64,000 nt of DNA from the human T2T-CHM13v2.0 reference genome, Homo sapiens. The stretch is taken from assembly GCF_009914755.1 (NCBI RefSeq), contig NC_060930.1; one strand, written 5' to 3'. Within the stretch, counting starts at the first letter, position 1; every line of letters begins with the position of its first letter. Below the pieces are notes generated by a model. The model made no database searches. It was not told where the DNA came from and saw nothing but the letters and a program-made list of their open reading frames with translations. The position numbers and the translations under genes were made by a program. Positions 39,974 through 56,427 of the stretch are shown in pieces.

Positions 39974-41099
39974 AAGATAAAGGGTAGAAATCCATGAACC
40001 AGAGAGAATTATGAAGCCTTTGGGACGACTGGAGCAAGAAGAGAGAAAGTGCAAATAAACTACATTAGATCCAGTAGAGGACAGAAAAATCTAAAAATCC
40101 CATGAATAACTTCATATCTATTAATTTGAAAATGTAAAGTCAAAAATGTAACCTACAAATTGATTCACAATGAATTAGAAAAACTGAAGAAACTAAGAAA
40201 TGCTAAATAAACTAAAACTGTAGTTAAAAATCTTTCTGAGAAAACACCAACCACAGATGATCTTAGAGGGGAGTTCTCAAAATTTTCAACAGATTGTTTC
40301 AATATGATTCAAACACTGTCAAATAACAGAAAAAGATTAAATGCTCCAAACATATTCTAGAAGGTCAATATAATGTTGGTTGCAAAACCAAAGAATGAAA
40401 AAGAAAAACTTCAGGCCAACCTTACTCATGAATATAGTTGTAAAAATATTAAACAAAATATTAGTAAACCAAATCCATCCAGATGGCTTAACATGAGAAA
40501 ATCTATGGAAGTTTATCACCATATGAACAGATTAAGAAGAAAATTATAAAATCATCTTGATAGATGCTGGGGAAAAAAAACAGCTGATAGAATTTAACAC
40601 TCATTCATGATAAAAATTTTCAGCAAGTTAGGCTAGAAAAAATCTACCTTAACCTGACAACAGGCACACACTAAAAACTAAGAAGGAAACATTAGAAGTA
40701 TTTCCTTTAAAATCAGAAATAATACAAGGATGCCTACTATCACCACTTATAAAATCAACATTGTAATATAAACCCGGTACTATAAAACAATAATTAAAGG
40801 TATATAGATTGAAGGGCAGAAACAAAAGTATTATTATTTGCAGATGCTATAATTATCTACATAGAAAACCAAAGTATTTACAGACAAATTGTTGGCAATA
40901 GTAACAGAGCTTAGCAAGATGTCTGGCTAACTGAATAATATGAAAGAGTCAACTGTTTTTCTATATACCAGGAAAAAAAGAGCTAGGAAATATAATTTTT
41001 CAAAGGTAACACTTCTATAGCAAGAAAAACCATACAATGCCTAAGAATAAATATATCAAAGAATGTACAAGATTGGTATGCAGAACACCATGAAATCTT

Positions 41100-41598
<499 letters not shown>

Positions 41599-43803
41599 TG
41601 ACATTTTGAAAGTCTTAAATAAATTAACCCATATATATAGATAAGAAGATTCGATACAGTAAAAAAAAAAATCAATTCTCCCCATACTTATTTGTAAATT
41701 CCATTTACAGTCATTTCCATCAAAATCCCATCAGGGATTTTGTTCCTATGGAACAAATTGATCAGTGGGATAGAGCAGAGACCCTCAATGGAATCATGAT
41801 ACCAAGAGAAAGGAAACCTGAGATCAGTAGAGAAAGGAGGATCTGTTCAATAAATGGTGTTGGTACAACAAGTTATCTAAATGTGGAAAAAATCAATTAA
41901 ATGAATCTTCACCTTATACCATAAACACATCAATTTTAGGCAGATTAAAAAAGTAAATGTGAAAAAGCAAAACTTTAAAACTTTTGGAAAAAAATATAGA
42001 ACATCTTTTTGATCCTAAGTTAGGGAAGAATTTCTTAAACAAGATACAAAAAAATCCTAATAATAAAAGAAAAGACTGATAAATTTGGCTGTATTAAAAT
42101 AACTTCCAATTATCAAAAGATAAAGAAAATAAATGACAAAGCACAAACTGGCAGAAATATATGCAACACATATAAGCAACAAAGATTTAGTATCCAAAAT
42201 AAAGAACTCCTACAAGTCAATATGAAAAACAACAAAATAGAAAAATGGGCAAAATGTCTGAACGGGCATTTAACTAAAGTACAGACAGGTTTAACCAATA
42301 CACATATTAAAAAATGTTCAACCTCATCAATAATGAGGGAAATATAAATTAAGATCACAATAACATACCATTTTATACCTACTAGATGGGTTCAAAATTT
42401 AGAACTACTGAATAGGAAGTAGGTCAGTCAGAATTCCAGTACATAGCTGGTGGCAGAATAGTTGTTGGTACAACTTCTTTGGAAAACAATTTGGCATGAC
42501 CTTGCAAAAGGAACAACTATATATAGCCTTTGAATCAGTAATTCCATTTTTAAAAATGCCAGATTACAATTTTTTAAAAAAATTGTGGTAGAGTCACACA
42601 ATGAATTTTAAAACAGCAATAAAAAAATCACTGAATTACAAATAAATGTAAAACCATGTTCAAATCTTAGAAGCATTATGTTGGGTGAAAAGAAAGCAAG
42701 ATTTAAGACTATATAGAACAGGATGCCATTTCATAAAGCTTAAAACCAGACAAAGCTAAAGAATATACTGTTTAGACATTTATAAAAATGTGATAAATCT
42801 ATCTTTAAGTAGAAGAAAGTAATAGATTCAAAATCCAGGATATATGTTACCTCTTGGGAGGAGCCAGGAGGATAGAACAGGGGAAACATAAACATAAGCA
42901 TGCTACTGGTAATCTTCCACTTACTGGGTAAGTGACAGGTTCTCTTATGCATGCTACTGGTAATCTTCCACTTACTGGGTAAAGTGACAGGTTCTCAACA
43001 GTTCACTGTATTTTTATGCTTTGTAACATCCATAAATATTTCAAATATTCTTGTATATGTATCATATAATAACAAAGACAAAAAATAAAGCAAGGCATGG
43101 GGACAGGCATTGTTGGGAGTGGGATGGGAGGGTATAATTGTCAGCATTATTTAAGCATTATTTTAAATTCTTCGGAGAAAGCCTCTTTGAGAAGATAACA
43201 TTTGGGATAACACCTGAGTCAGCTGGGTGTCTAAGGGAAGGGCAGTCCTGGCAGAGGGAGGAGCAAGCTGGAAGGCCCAAAGCAAAACGGGGGATATCTG
43301 GAGACAAGACTAAGGAGAATAGAACGGGTCAGGAAAAATAGAGTGACACAGCAATAGTAATTATAAAGAGAGGAAACCCAAGGAAGGGCTTGCTTGCTGT
43401 TTCAAATGGTTCTGTTTTCATCCAAGTCATTTTAGTACCAGAATTGGGCAGGTTCTCGAGCACCTTCTGGCCTGTGCTTTGGCAGTTGGGGAGGACTGCT
43501 ACTGCTACAAGGTTTGCAGGAGGGCAAGGGCAAGGTCAAGGTCATGGTGTTTAGAGTGGTTAGGAAAAACTTGGGTGAGCGAGCAGACTGGCTAATGAGA
43601 GAAACAGCAAAGAGGTCAATGTAAGAACAGGAGAGTAAGGACCGGAAATCAAGAGCTCAGGCAAAGGGTTGGGAAGGGGGTTGTCAATTATACAGAATCA
43701 CATAACTTGGAGAGACTTCGGGTTTTACATGACTAGAATTATCATCACTTGTTATATTATCTTCTGTCTTATCCATAATTTTTAAATAGTTGAAATAGAT
43801 CTA

Positions 43804-43839
<36 letters not shown>
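43804..43839 (+). repeat. (CTAT)9 tetranucleotide STR
   Basis: Direct reading. Confidence 0.95.
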
Positions 43840-43840
<1 letters not shown>

Positions 43841-44025
43841 CGTCTAACACCTATTTATGTATCTGTCTGTCTAACTATCTTCCTCCTGCCCAATTTCTGA
43901 TGGCAGAGGATTTGAAGAGACTATCACTTCTAGTACACTAAATATTTCTCTAATGTTTGCTTTTGTCTATTTTGGTATTGCTTATAATTAGAGAAATGGC
44001 ATTTTAAAACACATAATAAAAAATA

Positions 44026-44695
44026 GGCCGGGCACGATGGCACAACTCTGTAATCCCAGTACTTTGGGAGGCCGAGAAGGGCAGATTGCTTGCGCTCAGG
44101 AGTTTGAAACCAGGCTGGGCAACATGGTGAAAACCCCATCTCTAAAAAAAATACATTCGTATTCCTGGATTTGGTTTACTAGTATTTTAATATTTTTACA
44201 ACTACACTCATAGGTGAGGTTGACCTGAAATTTTTATTTTTCATGCTTTGTCTGGTTTTGCTATCAAGATTATACTGGCTTTCTAGAATATGTTTGGAGC
44301 ATTCCCTCTTTCTCTATTATTTGACAATGTTTGAATAATATCAAAACAATCAGTTGAAAATTTTGAGAACCTGCCTCTAAGATCATCTGGGGTTGATGTT
44401 TTCTCAGAAAGATTTTTAACTACAGTTTTAGTTTATTTAGCATTTCTTAGCTTCTTCAGTCTAAGAAAGAAATAATAAATAAATAAATAAAGCAAGCAAG
44501 CAAAGGAGAATAAAGGGAGTTGAAGGAACAAGAGTCGATGAAAGATTCTGTGAAGGGAGAATCACTTGAACCCAGGACATGGAGGTTGCAGTGAGCTGAG
44601 ATCACGCCATTGCACTCCAGCCTGGGCAACAGAGCAAGATCCTGTCTCAAAAAAGAAACAAACAAACAACAACAACAAAAACAAAGAAAAAAAGA
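44026..44695 (+). mobile_element. Alu left arm (~44026-44150) and 5'-truncated Alu right arm (~44557-44695) separated by an inverted L1 copy
   Basis: Alu motifs; GAAAGAT(T/C)CTGTGAAGG at 44540-44556 and 44696-44712 flanks the right arm. Confidence 0.8.
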
Positions 44696-47232
44696 GAAAG
44701 ATCCTGTGAAGGAACATCAAAGGTAAGAAAACCAAGAAAGTAAAAAATAAATAAATAAGCTAAAAAAGAAAACAAAGGTAAGAAAACCTAGATAGCACAG
44801 GGTTCTCGAAGCTAAGAGAACCTAAAAAGTAGCCATCAGGTGCAACATAATGAAAGCTGAGAAGGCTATTGGAATGGACAATTGGGTCATAGGTGATTCC
44901 AAAAAAATAATTTCTGTGCATTTACAGAAGCCAGACACAGTAAATGAGATCCAAATAAATGGGGAAAAGGTAAAGGCAGATTTTAGAGTACATTTTTGAA
45001 AGCCTTAGTGAGAATGGGATCTCTAGGGGACATAACAATTTTTTAATTGTAAAATTATCAAATAAGCTATCTTATTTTTTAATTATTTTTCATTCCTTAA
45101 GTTTGAGCTTAAACCCTTTAAAAATAAAGATAGTAAGATAAAAACACTACGAAGTATGAGATCTGAGAGCAAAAATTGCTTCATGTAAGAAATGAACATA
45201 GATTATAAGCTGCTGAACGCAAGTAGTACAGGAAGGTGGTTTTAGATCACTCAGCTATCTCTTGATAGAAGTTCTTGCAGTCACACTATGTCGAAACAGA
45301 GAATATGAGCAACACAATGGAATGAAGACACAGAGAGAGAAAGGAGGAATATCTCTTTTCTAGTACTGAAGTTAGTAGAGAATACCTTTGATTTAACATA
45401 CTTGAAGCCTATGGAAGCTCTAAGTGTGGACTCTCCATGTAAAGTCTGAGATGAGGGCAGAGGCAGTGACATCGTTTAAGGGAGTAGTAGCTTATGAGCT
45501 CTTTTGCACAGTTTGAGAACAGAACCTAGAGCTTGGGCAGTAACCACAGAGAAGGGCTCCTGTAGTCAAGTTAAGACCTGGAATTGCAGAAGGAAGTCAT
45601 TTTTAAATGTGCATTTCTTTACTGGGATTGCCTGTTCCCTTTAGAACAAGTAAATAAATGTTAAGGTCTCAAGATACTTGATGTTTCAAAATATGAATAA
45701 TAACAAAATGAATAATATAATCACCATCAAAGTGTGTTTAATTTTTCAAAGCATTTCACATCCATCATTTCATCTTTCTTAATGGAAATATTCAAGGGTA
45801 TACAAGGCTATGGGTCAAGTCTCAGGGCAACTCCATCCAATCCTCAAGATTCTATATTAAGTTGTGTTTGCAGATGTTATGCTTAATTTTCAAAAGACTA
45901 ATGGTGATTAATTTTAGTGAAAGTATATGCTCTTTTTTAAAAAAAAGAAAACTACAGTTCATGCATACACACCTTCACCCACATAAAAAACCTAAAAGGA
46001 TGAAGAAAGGATACCAAAATTGTTCTGACCTAGTTACATCCCAAGTAACACAGACTATGCTTTACTAAAACTCCTCTTCTTACTGTGAACACAAAATGCC
46101 AGCTGTGAAAGAAAGTGATACTGCTGGGTTTGCACACTTTGGTTACCATAGAAACAGTAGAAATGGCAAGAGTTGGATGCCTCACATTTAAGTTATCGGC
46201 AATAAAATCAGATAGATAAACCAATGCCCAGGGTTCATTTTAGTTAAATTGTATTTTAAAGGCAAAAGTCAGGGAAATAATGTGATAAGTAATATGATTA
46301 CTCAGAAGCTACTCCTGAAATATCTGCATTTTAGCAGAATTTACTTAATGCTTTAATTTATATTCATGATACTTAACATGTACTCCAGATTTGCTTTTTC
46401 CTTCTATAGAATCAATTTTTTCACAGGGTTAAATATATTTCAGTTAATTGGCACATTATGAGTAGCACAGCCTAAAGATACACAATCTTCCTACTACATT
46501 TGCTTTCTCCCACCCCAAGACATTTGGGACAAAAATATGAAACTCATAATATGACTCTTATCAGTACCAATAAAGAGAGAAAAAGACAAACACAATTGTC
46601 TACAATCCTGAATAATAGGAACAGAGACAATCAGAATATCAATTGGAGTAGTTTCTGAAACAATGAACAGTGCCGGCTTGATATTAATGGCTACAACTAT
46701 ACTTTTATTTAAATATTGTTAGTGGTGACACAACTTTCCTCACATTTGATACAAACATACATTCCCAGGAAAAAACCCTCAGTTCATGCTCCTTTCTTTA
46801 CACTGTTCTTCATTGTTTACCCTGAACAAATAAGATTCTGCACTGTAACAAATAGGGCAAAGAACTACCTAAGAGTAAAATCTATGCCTTTTTCTTCTTT
46901 TTTTCTTAAGCAGTTATTTGCTAATAGCATTAGTCTATCATAACTGCTTACCCCTTAAAACAACTTCATTGATTAGATAGTAGATGATTTAAAATATGGA
47001 GAATCTGATCATTGTGGTTGCAACTTCCTAGAGGGCAGGGAGAGTCATTCTGTCACAACTTTATACGTCTGCTGAGAACTAGGTACATACTGTGTTTAAT
47101 ACATATTTGTTGAATGAGTAAACAAATAAGTGAATGAGCTAAATTGCCAGTGGTTTGTACTCATAATCCATCCAGCTATGGGGTAAGGTATAAGTGTCCT
47201 CTGAGAGGCAAGTTCCCAATTTGAAAAGAAGA

Positions 47233-47996
<764 letters not shown>

Positions 47997-50900
47997 CTAT
48001 ACCTCTAGGTCTCTAACTTTCCATATATCTCAGAGATATGTTGACAGTAGCCATTACCACAGTCACCTCAAACTCAACTTGTCCAAACTAAATTTTTACT
48101 TTTCCCTGTCAAAACTCCTCTTTTTTTGGTTAATCCTTTCTCAGTCACAAAGTCAACAAAAGCAGAAGTCTGAACTTGCATTGACGCTCTCTTTTCTCCC
48201 TCAAATCTAACCAATCCTCAGATCTGACTACTTACATCCTACATTTTTGTCAACTATCTCCCCTCCTCTCAATTTGGATCACCTCTGTCATAGTTCAAGC
48301 CTTCCTTATTTCTCCACCAGCTGACTTCAACCACCTGATAAGGCTACTATCCCTGTGTCCTCAAACCAACTCTCCATAGCCCTGTCTGAGTGGTCTTTCT
48401 TTAACAAAAACCTGACCAGCTCAGGAAACTGGACACAGGAAAAATCCACACTTCTAAACAGGACAACTAAGATCCACCATAATCTGGTCCTCTTTCTCCT
48501 GCCTCTTCTTTTACTACTTCTTGCCTTGTCCCAGTAATATAAAGTGCTTGTACTTTCTTCTCTATGCCCTTATTCATACTCCTCTGCCTGGAATGCTCTC
48601 CCCACCCACCTCTCTTCATCTTACCAATTTCTATGAATCCTTTCCTATTCAGCTCAGTATGAATTATCCAAGGTACTTAGTACCTTATGCTTAGCTCATC
48701 CTTGAATGTACCTCATAATTTCTTTTGTAAACCTTGTTGCTTTATGATTATGTTTGTTGGCTCTTCCCCACCATGTACTCGTTGGGGGAAGGGATCGTAT
48801 TCATTAACTCTGTATTCCCAGTACCCAGCATACTATCTGGTACATATTAAGAAGCCAAATATGTTTGTAATGCAAATATTCTGTATTTTGTCTGTAAACC
48901 ACTACTTCCCCCCACAGAAATCCAGTAATAAATAAATAGCTAAAAATGACAATTAGGTTCCATAATTACATTAGTGTCATAACTTTAGGTACACTATAGG
49001 CTAAATAGGTCTTTCTATTCAGAGACTCTAACTACTGTTTAAAATGTTATTTCTAATGAAAATGCCTTTCCAGTTTGAAATTATGTATTTACAACTATAT
49101 GTAGGCTATCTGTAAATCAGGAGAAACCTGTAATATTAAATGCTATGACTAATTTCATTTTAGCTTAAACTGGTTTAACAGTATCTGTAATATAACACCT
49201 ATGTTAATCAAACTTCAGTATTCACAGTAAACAATGCTTGCCAACCCAGCACTGCCAACAGTTAACAATGTGTTTCTTTGTCTTTCAGGAGTAGTTACTG
49301 GCCTGGACAACAGAGATAAGGTTTTCTTTTCTCTAACAAGAACCAATAAAAAGCAACCATTATAAAAAGTTCAATGTAAAACAAATACATGTATGTAGAA
49401 GGCTATTTACCTAACTAACTTAAAGGTCATTATGCGAGTATAATCGCGATATATTCCACATTAACATCCATGGTAGGAATAATGCTACAAAGGTATTTGG
49501 ATTTATTCCTGTTCATTAATAAGTACAATTCATCCTTAGAGAAGCAACACTGGTAGAGAGTAGCTTTCTATTTATGTTTGGAATACCCACATCCAGATCA
49601 AATAATTTGGTCTTATTATCATGAGAAATTAAGAATGTCAGAGATAGAAATTCTCAGACTGAGCTCTCTTGTTTTACTGATGAAGAAAGAGAGGCCTAGA
49701 GAAGAGAAAGACCTACAACTTGACCAAGTTCACTCTGTGCGGAGAGTAGCAGGTCCAGATGAAAACCCAGTTCTCTCAGAGATGCACTCCAAGCCAGAGT
49801 TGTGACAGCCACAGCACCCTGGGAAAATGAACAGTACTTAACTGATTATGGCCCTCCCTATAGAAGACTTCTACCTGATGTGTGCTTAGTTGAGGATATG
49901 ATCCCACAAAATAACTATCATATGTAATCTCTTGGTAAAATGAATCATCAGTCCTTGCATGCAAGATTCCCTTATTCTTATAAGGTATCTATGTTGCTAG
50001 TCTAATAGAATACCTGTGGTGTTAATTGCCCAGGTATATATTTATCAAAACTCATCAATTTGTAATTAAAATGGGTATACCTTACTGTATATAAATTCCA
50101 CCTCAATAAAATTAATTTAATAAAATAGCGTGCCTAAATTGATTCTTCAGTAATAGCCAAAGGCCTCAAAGTACTGGGGCTCTGTCTGTAGCCTTTGGTT
50201 CTCAACTAGTTCCTGCCATTGCTATCAATGTGGGATGTATCTTAATTAGACCCTCTTAGTGACCTTGAAGTTAGTTTGGTAAATAGTCTTCTTAATACAT
50301 GTGTTTGTCAGCACAGGCCACTAAAACTTTATGCTTAAGTCAGTGATTATCAAATGAGCCCTGACCCTGAGTTAAACCTTAAGAGAGTTTGTATGTCACT
50401 GTGAGTCAAACCATGGCTCCTTGCAAGCTGGCCCTCTTGGAAGTGGGATTCTTGGTGTGTACCCTCTCACTATGGAATAACTGGTGAAGCATTAATTCAA
50501 ACTGACAGATAGATGTGCAGGACTCTGTTGAAAGCTCCAACTACAGGGCTATGAACTCAGATGATGAAAAAAACTGTCATGCCAAAAAGAAAAATCATAG
50601 CCCATGTCTAGAAAACACATCAATATTACCTTCTTACACATGTAAGGTGTGTGTCACCATATCCAGAGCACTGTAAGAAACATTGTGTCTGATCTTCACA
50701 AGGCCTGTGTAGAGGCAGCAAGACAGGAGCATGGATGGCATCACTACCATCAAAGGCCTCCAGACTGCAGACATGAATGGCTAAGCCCTAGACTATCAAG
50801 GACTCAGCTTTAAGGAACTTCTTAGGAACCAGAGGTCACTGGCAGGAACACTAGTATGATTCTTCAGCATGACAAGATTTGCAATTGTCCAAAATCACCT

Positions 50901-52742
50901 AAAATAGCAGGTCAGAAGATATCCAGGCCATACTTTGCTTTCTGATTGCTAACTATGCATTTTAAAAGAAATCAGAATGATTAAGTCATATTAAAAGAAA
51001 TACTACTTCTTGTCATAATCCTCTTTAAGTAGAATGTTAACTGATAAATCAAATAAAAATAACAAATAATTAAGTCATTTGACTAGCATGGAATTGCTAC
51101 CTCCAAAGCCTCTCTTAGTAATATATCATTCAAGAAGGAAGAATGAAAAGTACATTTGAAGCAGTTGCTAATTGTGATCTCATTTAATCAAGCTTTTTAA
51201 AAACTTCCATATTTTAAATATGAAGACTTGGCAAAAATATTTGTAATATTTAAATATAAACAGGATAAAACACAGCCTACTTTTTTTGTTTTAACACCAG
51301 GAGGCATATTTCACATATTTACACTAGATCTCTGCTTTGTAAAGCTGAAGGGGCTAGGAAGAGTATGAGACGACAGGCATTCTGGGGGGAAAAAGAGGTT
51401 AAAGAAAGGGCATCTTTGGATTACTGGCAGGATCAAGAAAGAATGTACAGAAGCTTCTGCAGAAAGAAAATGAGATATTCAGGAACTCTGGAGCTACATT
51501 CAGGAACTTTGGTGGAACTGAGGGTCAACAACCATATAAATTACTTCTCAGTATTCCCCATTTTACAGATGAGTAAACTAAGGCTTAAGGATCAAAATCT
51601 TAGAAATAATTTTTTAAAGTGTAGGTTCTCAAAGTTTCTATATCTTAAGGACTAAGTAAGGCTAAAACTCTAGAGAACGATATTAAATGCCTGCAAAATG
51701 CTGGCATAATGGTTACAGTAAGATTTTAAGGGTTTTGCCTTATCAGGCCCTATTTAGCAGAGACAAAATTAAAGACCTGCTGTATCTCCTTGTCAGACAA
51801 CTTATGAAGAGAAGCTATGCTGCATGCAGAGATTTCTAAGCACTTATTTTTAATCAAATGTTCAGAAAGATGAACAGTACAGCATTTTTCTTACAGCTGA
51901 GTGAAAACAGAGGGTGGTCTTTGACTTTTGCATACATAGTATTAGACTTTCATACAGAGATATCTTCACTCTCTTCAGCTAAAGGTCTTTTTCATGTTTC
52001 TGCATAGTGTCCTTTCAATGCCTCTTGGCTAGCTGTTACAATTCAGCAGAAATACCAGCTTTGGAAAACAATGTTTTGCCATTATTTAAATTTTTCTTCG
52101 CATTTTTGCCTCTGCTTTACACAAAAGAGTAGAATATAGAAATAAGAAAGTACTAATACTAGTGATAAGCACAGGCCTCAGACTGCATAAAAAGATGGAA
52201 ATGTCTAGGTATGTTCAAAGTGATAAATTCTGGACCTCAATTGAATATATCCTCTGAACTTAAGTGGATTAAATCTGTGGTTCGACAGCAGGGAGGGGAA
52301 GAAGAGAAGGGGAGAGGAGAGGAGGGGAAAATTAGGAAACATATTTTGAATTCTGAAAATCACTGAACAATGTTTCTAAAAGGGAAGAGATAACTAGTAC
52401 ATTATAACTATTTTTTAGCTCTTTCCAACCAGAACCGCCGCTAGATCTTACCATCCATGTAACTTTTACACATGAAAAAATTATATATGAAAGGTGGGGA
52501 CTTTTTGCATTTTCTTCATTGCATTTCCACTAAATAAAAAATGACAATAACAGGATCCAGGTATCATTTAATTTTTGCTCTGTTTTGTTTTTTAGAGACA
52601 GGGTCTATGTTATGCAAATTGGACTGGAACTCCTGGGCTCAAGGTATCTTCCCACCTTATCCTCTTGAGTAGCTGGGACTGCAGGCATGTGCCATCACAG
52701 CTAGCCCCAAATATCATTTAAAACCTTCCTCAACTCTGATAG

Positions 52743-53550
52743 TGAAACAGGATATTTCCCTGACCCCTTCGCAGGCTGGAACTGGAGTGCATGGGTGCCA
52801 GCAGGGGCAAACTCCACTCACTCGACCTGCTCTCAGGAGGGGAAGCATGCAGGCGAGTGGGTACAGGAGCCGGGGCGAGTACTTTTGGGTGCCAGCAGGA
52901 GCAAAACTCTGTGCGGGGCCCATGGCAGTGTCTAAGGGGTGTGCCCATGACCCCTTAAGCCACAGAAGGAATGGTACAGTGCCCTTTTAGCTTTGCCATC
53001 TGTAGACAGCTTAAGTGTTAACAGCTCAGTGGAGGGTTGGTGTGACAGCCTTTTGCACCTGCACTCGTGGCACCCGAGTTCTTGTCCAGCATCCAGGAGG
53101 AATGAGGTCGCCTGGGCAAACTGAAGATGGTAAATGTAGGGGATCTGATTGCCAATAAAAGTGGCTCTCAGCAGGAAGGGGAGCTGAAAAGGGGATGGAG
53201 CAGGAAGCTAATCTCCCCCAAAGTCCAGCCATCTCCAACTAGACTCTTCTCCAAAGCTACACCATCAAGCTGTCCTTCTGAAGTCAAGCTGCTTATCTCC
53301 AATATGCAACCAGTCTCCAACCTCCAGCTGCTTCTCCTCTCTGCCGGCTGAGCCTGAGGTTTTTATGGGCACAGGATGGGGAGCAGGGCAAGTCATGGGT
53401 GGTTTTGGAAAAGGCAACATTCAAGTGGGAAAACAGGGATGTAAGTTCTCACTTTGGGCCACAGTATCAGGCCTTTAGGCTTGAGGGTAGGAACTTCACC
53501 AGGGACCCACCCTCTTCTGCCCAGAATTTCCCTGCCTCCTGTCCCTATCA
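52743..53550 (-). mobile_element. Solo ERV1 LTR (MER52/LTR1-like), 808 bp
   Basis: TG...CA termini with 4-bp TSD ATAG; tttccctgaccccttcgc...agggacccaccctcttctgcccagaatttccctgcctcctgtc. Confidence 0.8.
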
Positions 53551-53693
53551 ATAGGTAGCTTCAGACATAGTTTCCAATCTTTCCCACCTCCTGGTATACA
53601 CACTATTGTGTAAACTCCTCTCCTTGAGTGTGGACTATACCTAATAACTTGCTTCTAATAAGTATGAAAAAATATCCAAAGTCATATAATATA

Positions 53694-53975
53694 TAGATGG
53701 TTCCCAACTTTCAATGGGGAAAATTAGGAAACATATTTTGAATTCTGAAAATCACTGAACTTACAATGGATCAATGTACTGATCTTTCGACTTTAGGATG
53801 GTGCAAAAGCAATACACATTCAGTAAGCTCCTTAACTTACAAAGAGGTTACTTCTGGATAGGCCCATTGTATGTTGAAGATACTAGAAGTTAAAAACATA
53901 CTTTTGCCTTATAATATTTTCAACTTATGATGGTTCCAATGAGATGTAATTCTATGAAAAATTGGGGAATATCTG
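53694..53975. mobile_element. Tigger3-like MITE
   Basis: TA-flanked TIRs (agatggttcccaactt / ggggaatatctg); ttttcgactttaggatggtgcaaaagcaatacacattcagta-like core. Confidence 0.7.
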
Positions 53976-54341
53976 TACTTTCCTCTGCAACTAGAATATC
54001 TATTGCAACATTTCTTTTTTATTTTATTTATTTAGAGATGGGGTCTCACTATGTTGCCAGACAGGTGTATAGTGGCTATTCACAGATACAAACAGCGCAC
54101 TACAGCCTTGTACCACTGGCCTCAAGCAATCTTCCCACCTCAGCCTTTGGAGTAGCTGGGACTACAGGTATGTGCCACCCTACCCAGTTTGCATCATTTC
54201 CTTTAATCAGATGAAGAAATCATATCTGACTCAAAGTATTGGCAAGGTTTTTTGTTACTTCATTCGGATAGACCTCTAATAGAATAAGTTTTTACTTCTG
54301 TGACAGAAGTAACAGCTACTAGACATTTTAATAGCTGTTAA

Positions 54342-54803
<462 letters not shown>

Positions 54804-56241
54804 TGAAGTGCTGGGATTACATGCATGAGCCACCACACCTGGCCTCCACACATATTTTTTAAAAGACAGACCTAAGGTTGAGACCCTAAAGCATTCATTC
54901 AAATCCTTCATTCAATAAAGACTTCGTGCTTATTGTGTACTAGGTTCTGGGATATGATAATGAAAAAGAAATAGTCTAACTGATAGTTCAATTTATATCA
55001 CTGATCTAGTAGCAAGATTCTGAAATGAAGGAGTCATAAATCCACTTAATAATATTATCATTTAGCTGGCATTTCTCTATCATTGCTAAAGAATAATGTG
55101 AAATTGCCAGATGCCTTGCTGAAATTCAATTCAAATAACTTATGAGCACAAACAATATGCCAATGCTGGGACTACAAAAATTATTGAGATATGAACCTTG
55201 CTCTCAAGAAGCTCATAATTTTGAAAAAGAGATAAACTATATCTTGGCATTCTTCCAATCTACCAAAATAGTAATCCCATAAAAATGAGTCATCCTATAT
55301 TTCATTTTCTTACTCTTAGCTATATCCTGCTATAAAATTAAAATACATCTTTTCTCCCTTGGTGTTTACAAGTTCCAAATATTTATAGACTTATGCCTCT
55401 ACTTCACTGTCTCTCAGCCAAGATGAACATATTTAGCTCTCTTTCTCCTTTCCTTTTAAAGCAATTCTTCATTTTAAGTTATTTTTGGTGACTTTATTTA
55501 CATTCTCTATTTCTGTATTAAATTCTAGGATTCGAATGACATAATTAAAATATTGATTCAGATATAAAATCAATCATAATGAAAAACACCAACCTTTATG
55601 ATGATGTAATGCCTCTGTGTGTGATGTCCAAAACACTGACTTTTATTTACTTTAAATTTTTTATATTATACTGTAAATTTATATTTACTCTAACACATTT
55701 AATTATATGGATTTTCCAGGTTTCTCACATCAAATGAAATTTAGAGATGGTGAGCACTCAGTTGTGACTATCAAATAGTGTCAAGCCAAATTTCTTACAG
55801 CAATAGAAAATGAAGCATTAAGAAAAACAAAACTAGTCACTGACTACAACAGCAACTCTTAAACTCACAAAACATAATTTTTCAAATGTCTCCATCATCC
55901 TCTTTTTAAGACCATATTCATATTTCATATACTTTATATTTCTGTATCTACTACAGAATGTATTTATAAAGCAAGCATACAGTTTAAATCTACTCCTGAA
56001 AGTACTTTGGCAAAACCATGACAATATGGCACAGATATCAGGACTCAAGATTAGTGAATCAAGAATTGAAGAGGCTATCACAGACTAGATTCCTGTTGGT
56101 TCAAAGTTTCTTTTTCTTCAGACAGGGTCTCAATTTGTTGCCCAAGGCTGGAGTGGAGCGCAGTGGCACAATCGTGGCTCACTGCAGCCTTGACCTCCTG
56201 GGCTAAAGCAGTCCTCCCACTTCAGCCTCCTCAGTAGCTGA

Positions 56242-56427
<186 letters not shown>

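Noticed and set aside
39213-40037. 274-aa minus-strand ORF and other overlapping ORFs at 38206-39997
   Set aside because: Shadow frames of the GC-rich PHOSPHO1 retrocopy; no recognisable domain or splice context.
44150-44557. Treating the two Alu halves as one Alu split by the inverted insert
   Set aside because: The right half has its own 17-bp flanking direct repeat, so it is more simply an independent 5'-truncated Alu; only the inverted L1 copy is claimed.
52769-52782. TCGCAGGCTGGAAC shared with 37232-37245
   Set aside because: Several 14-mer matches are expected by chance in 64 kb; the match does not extend.
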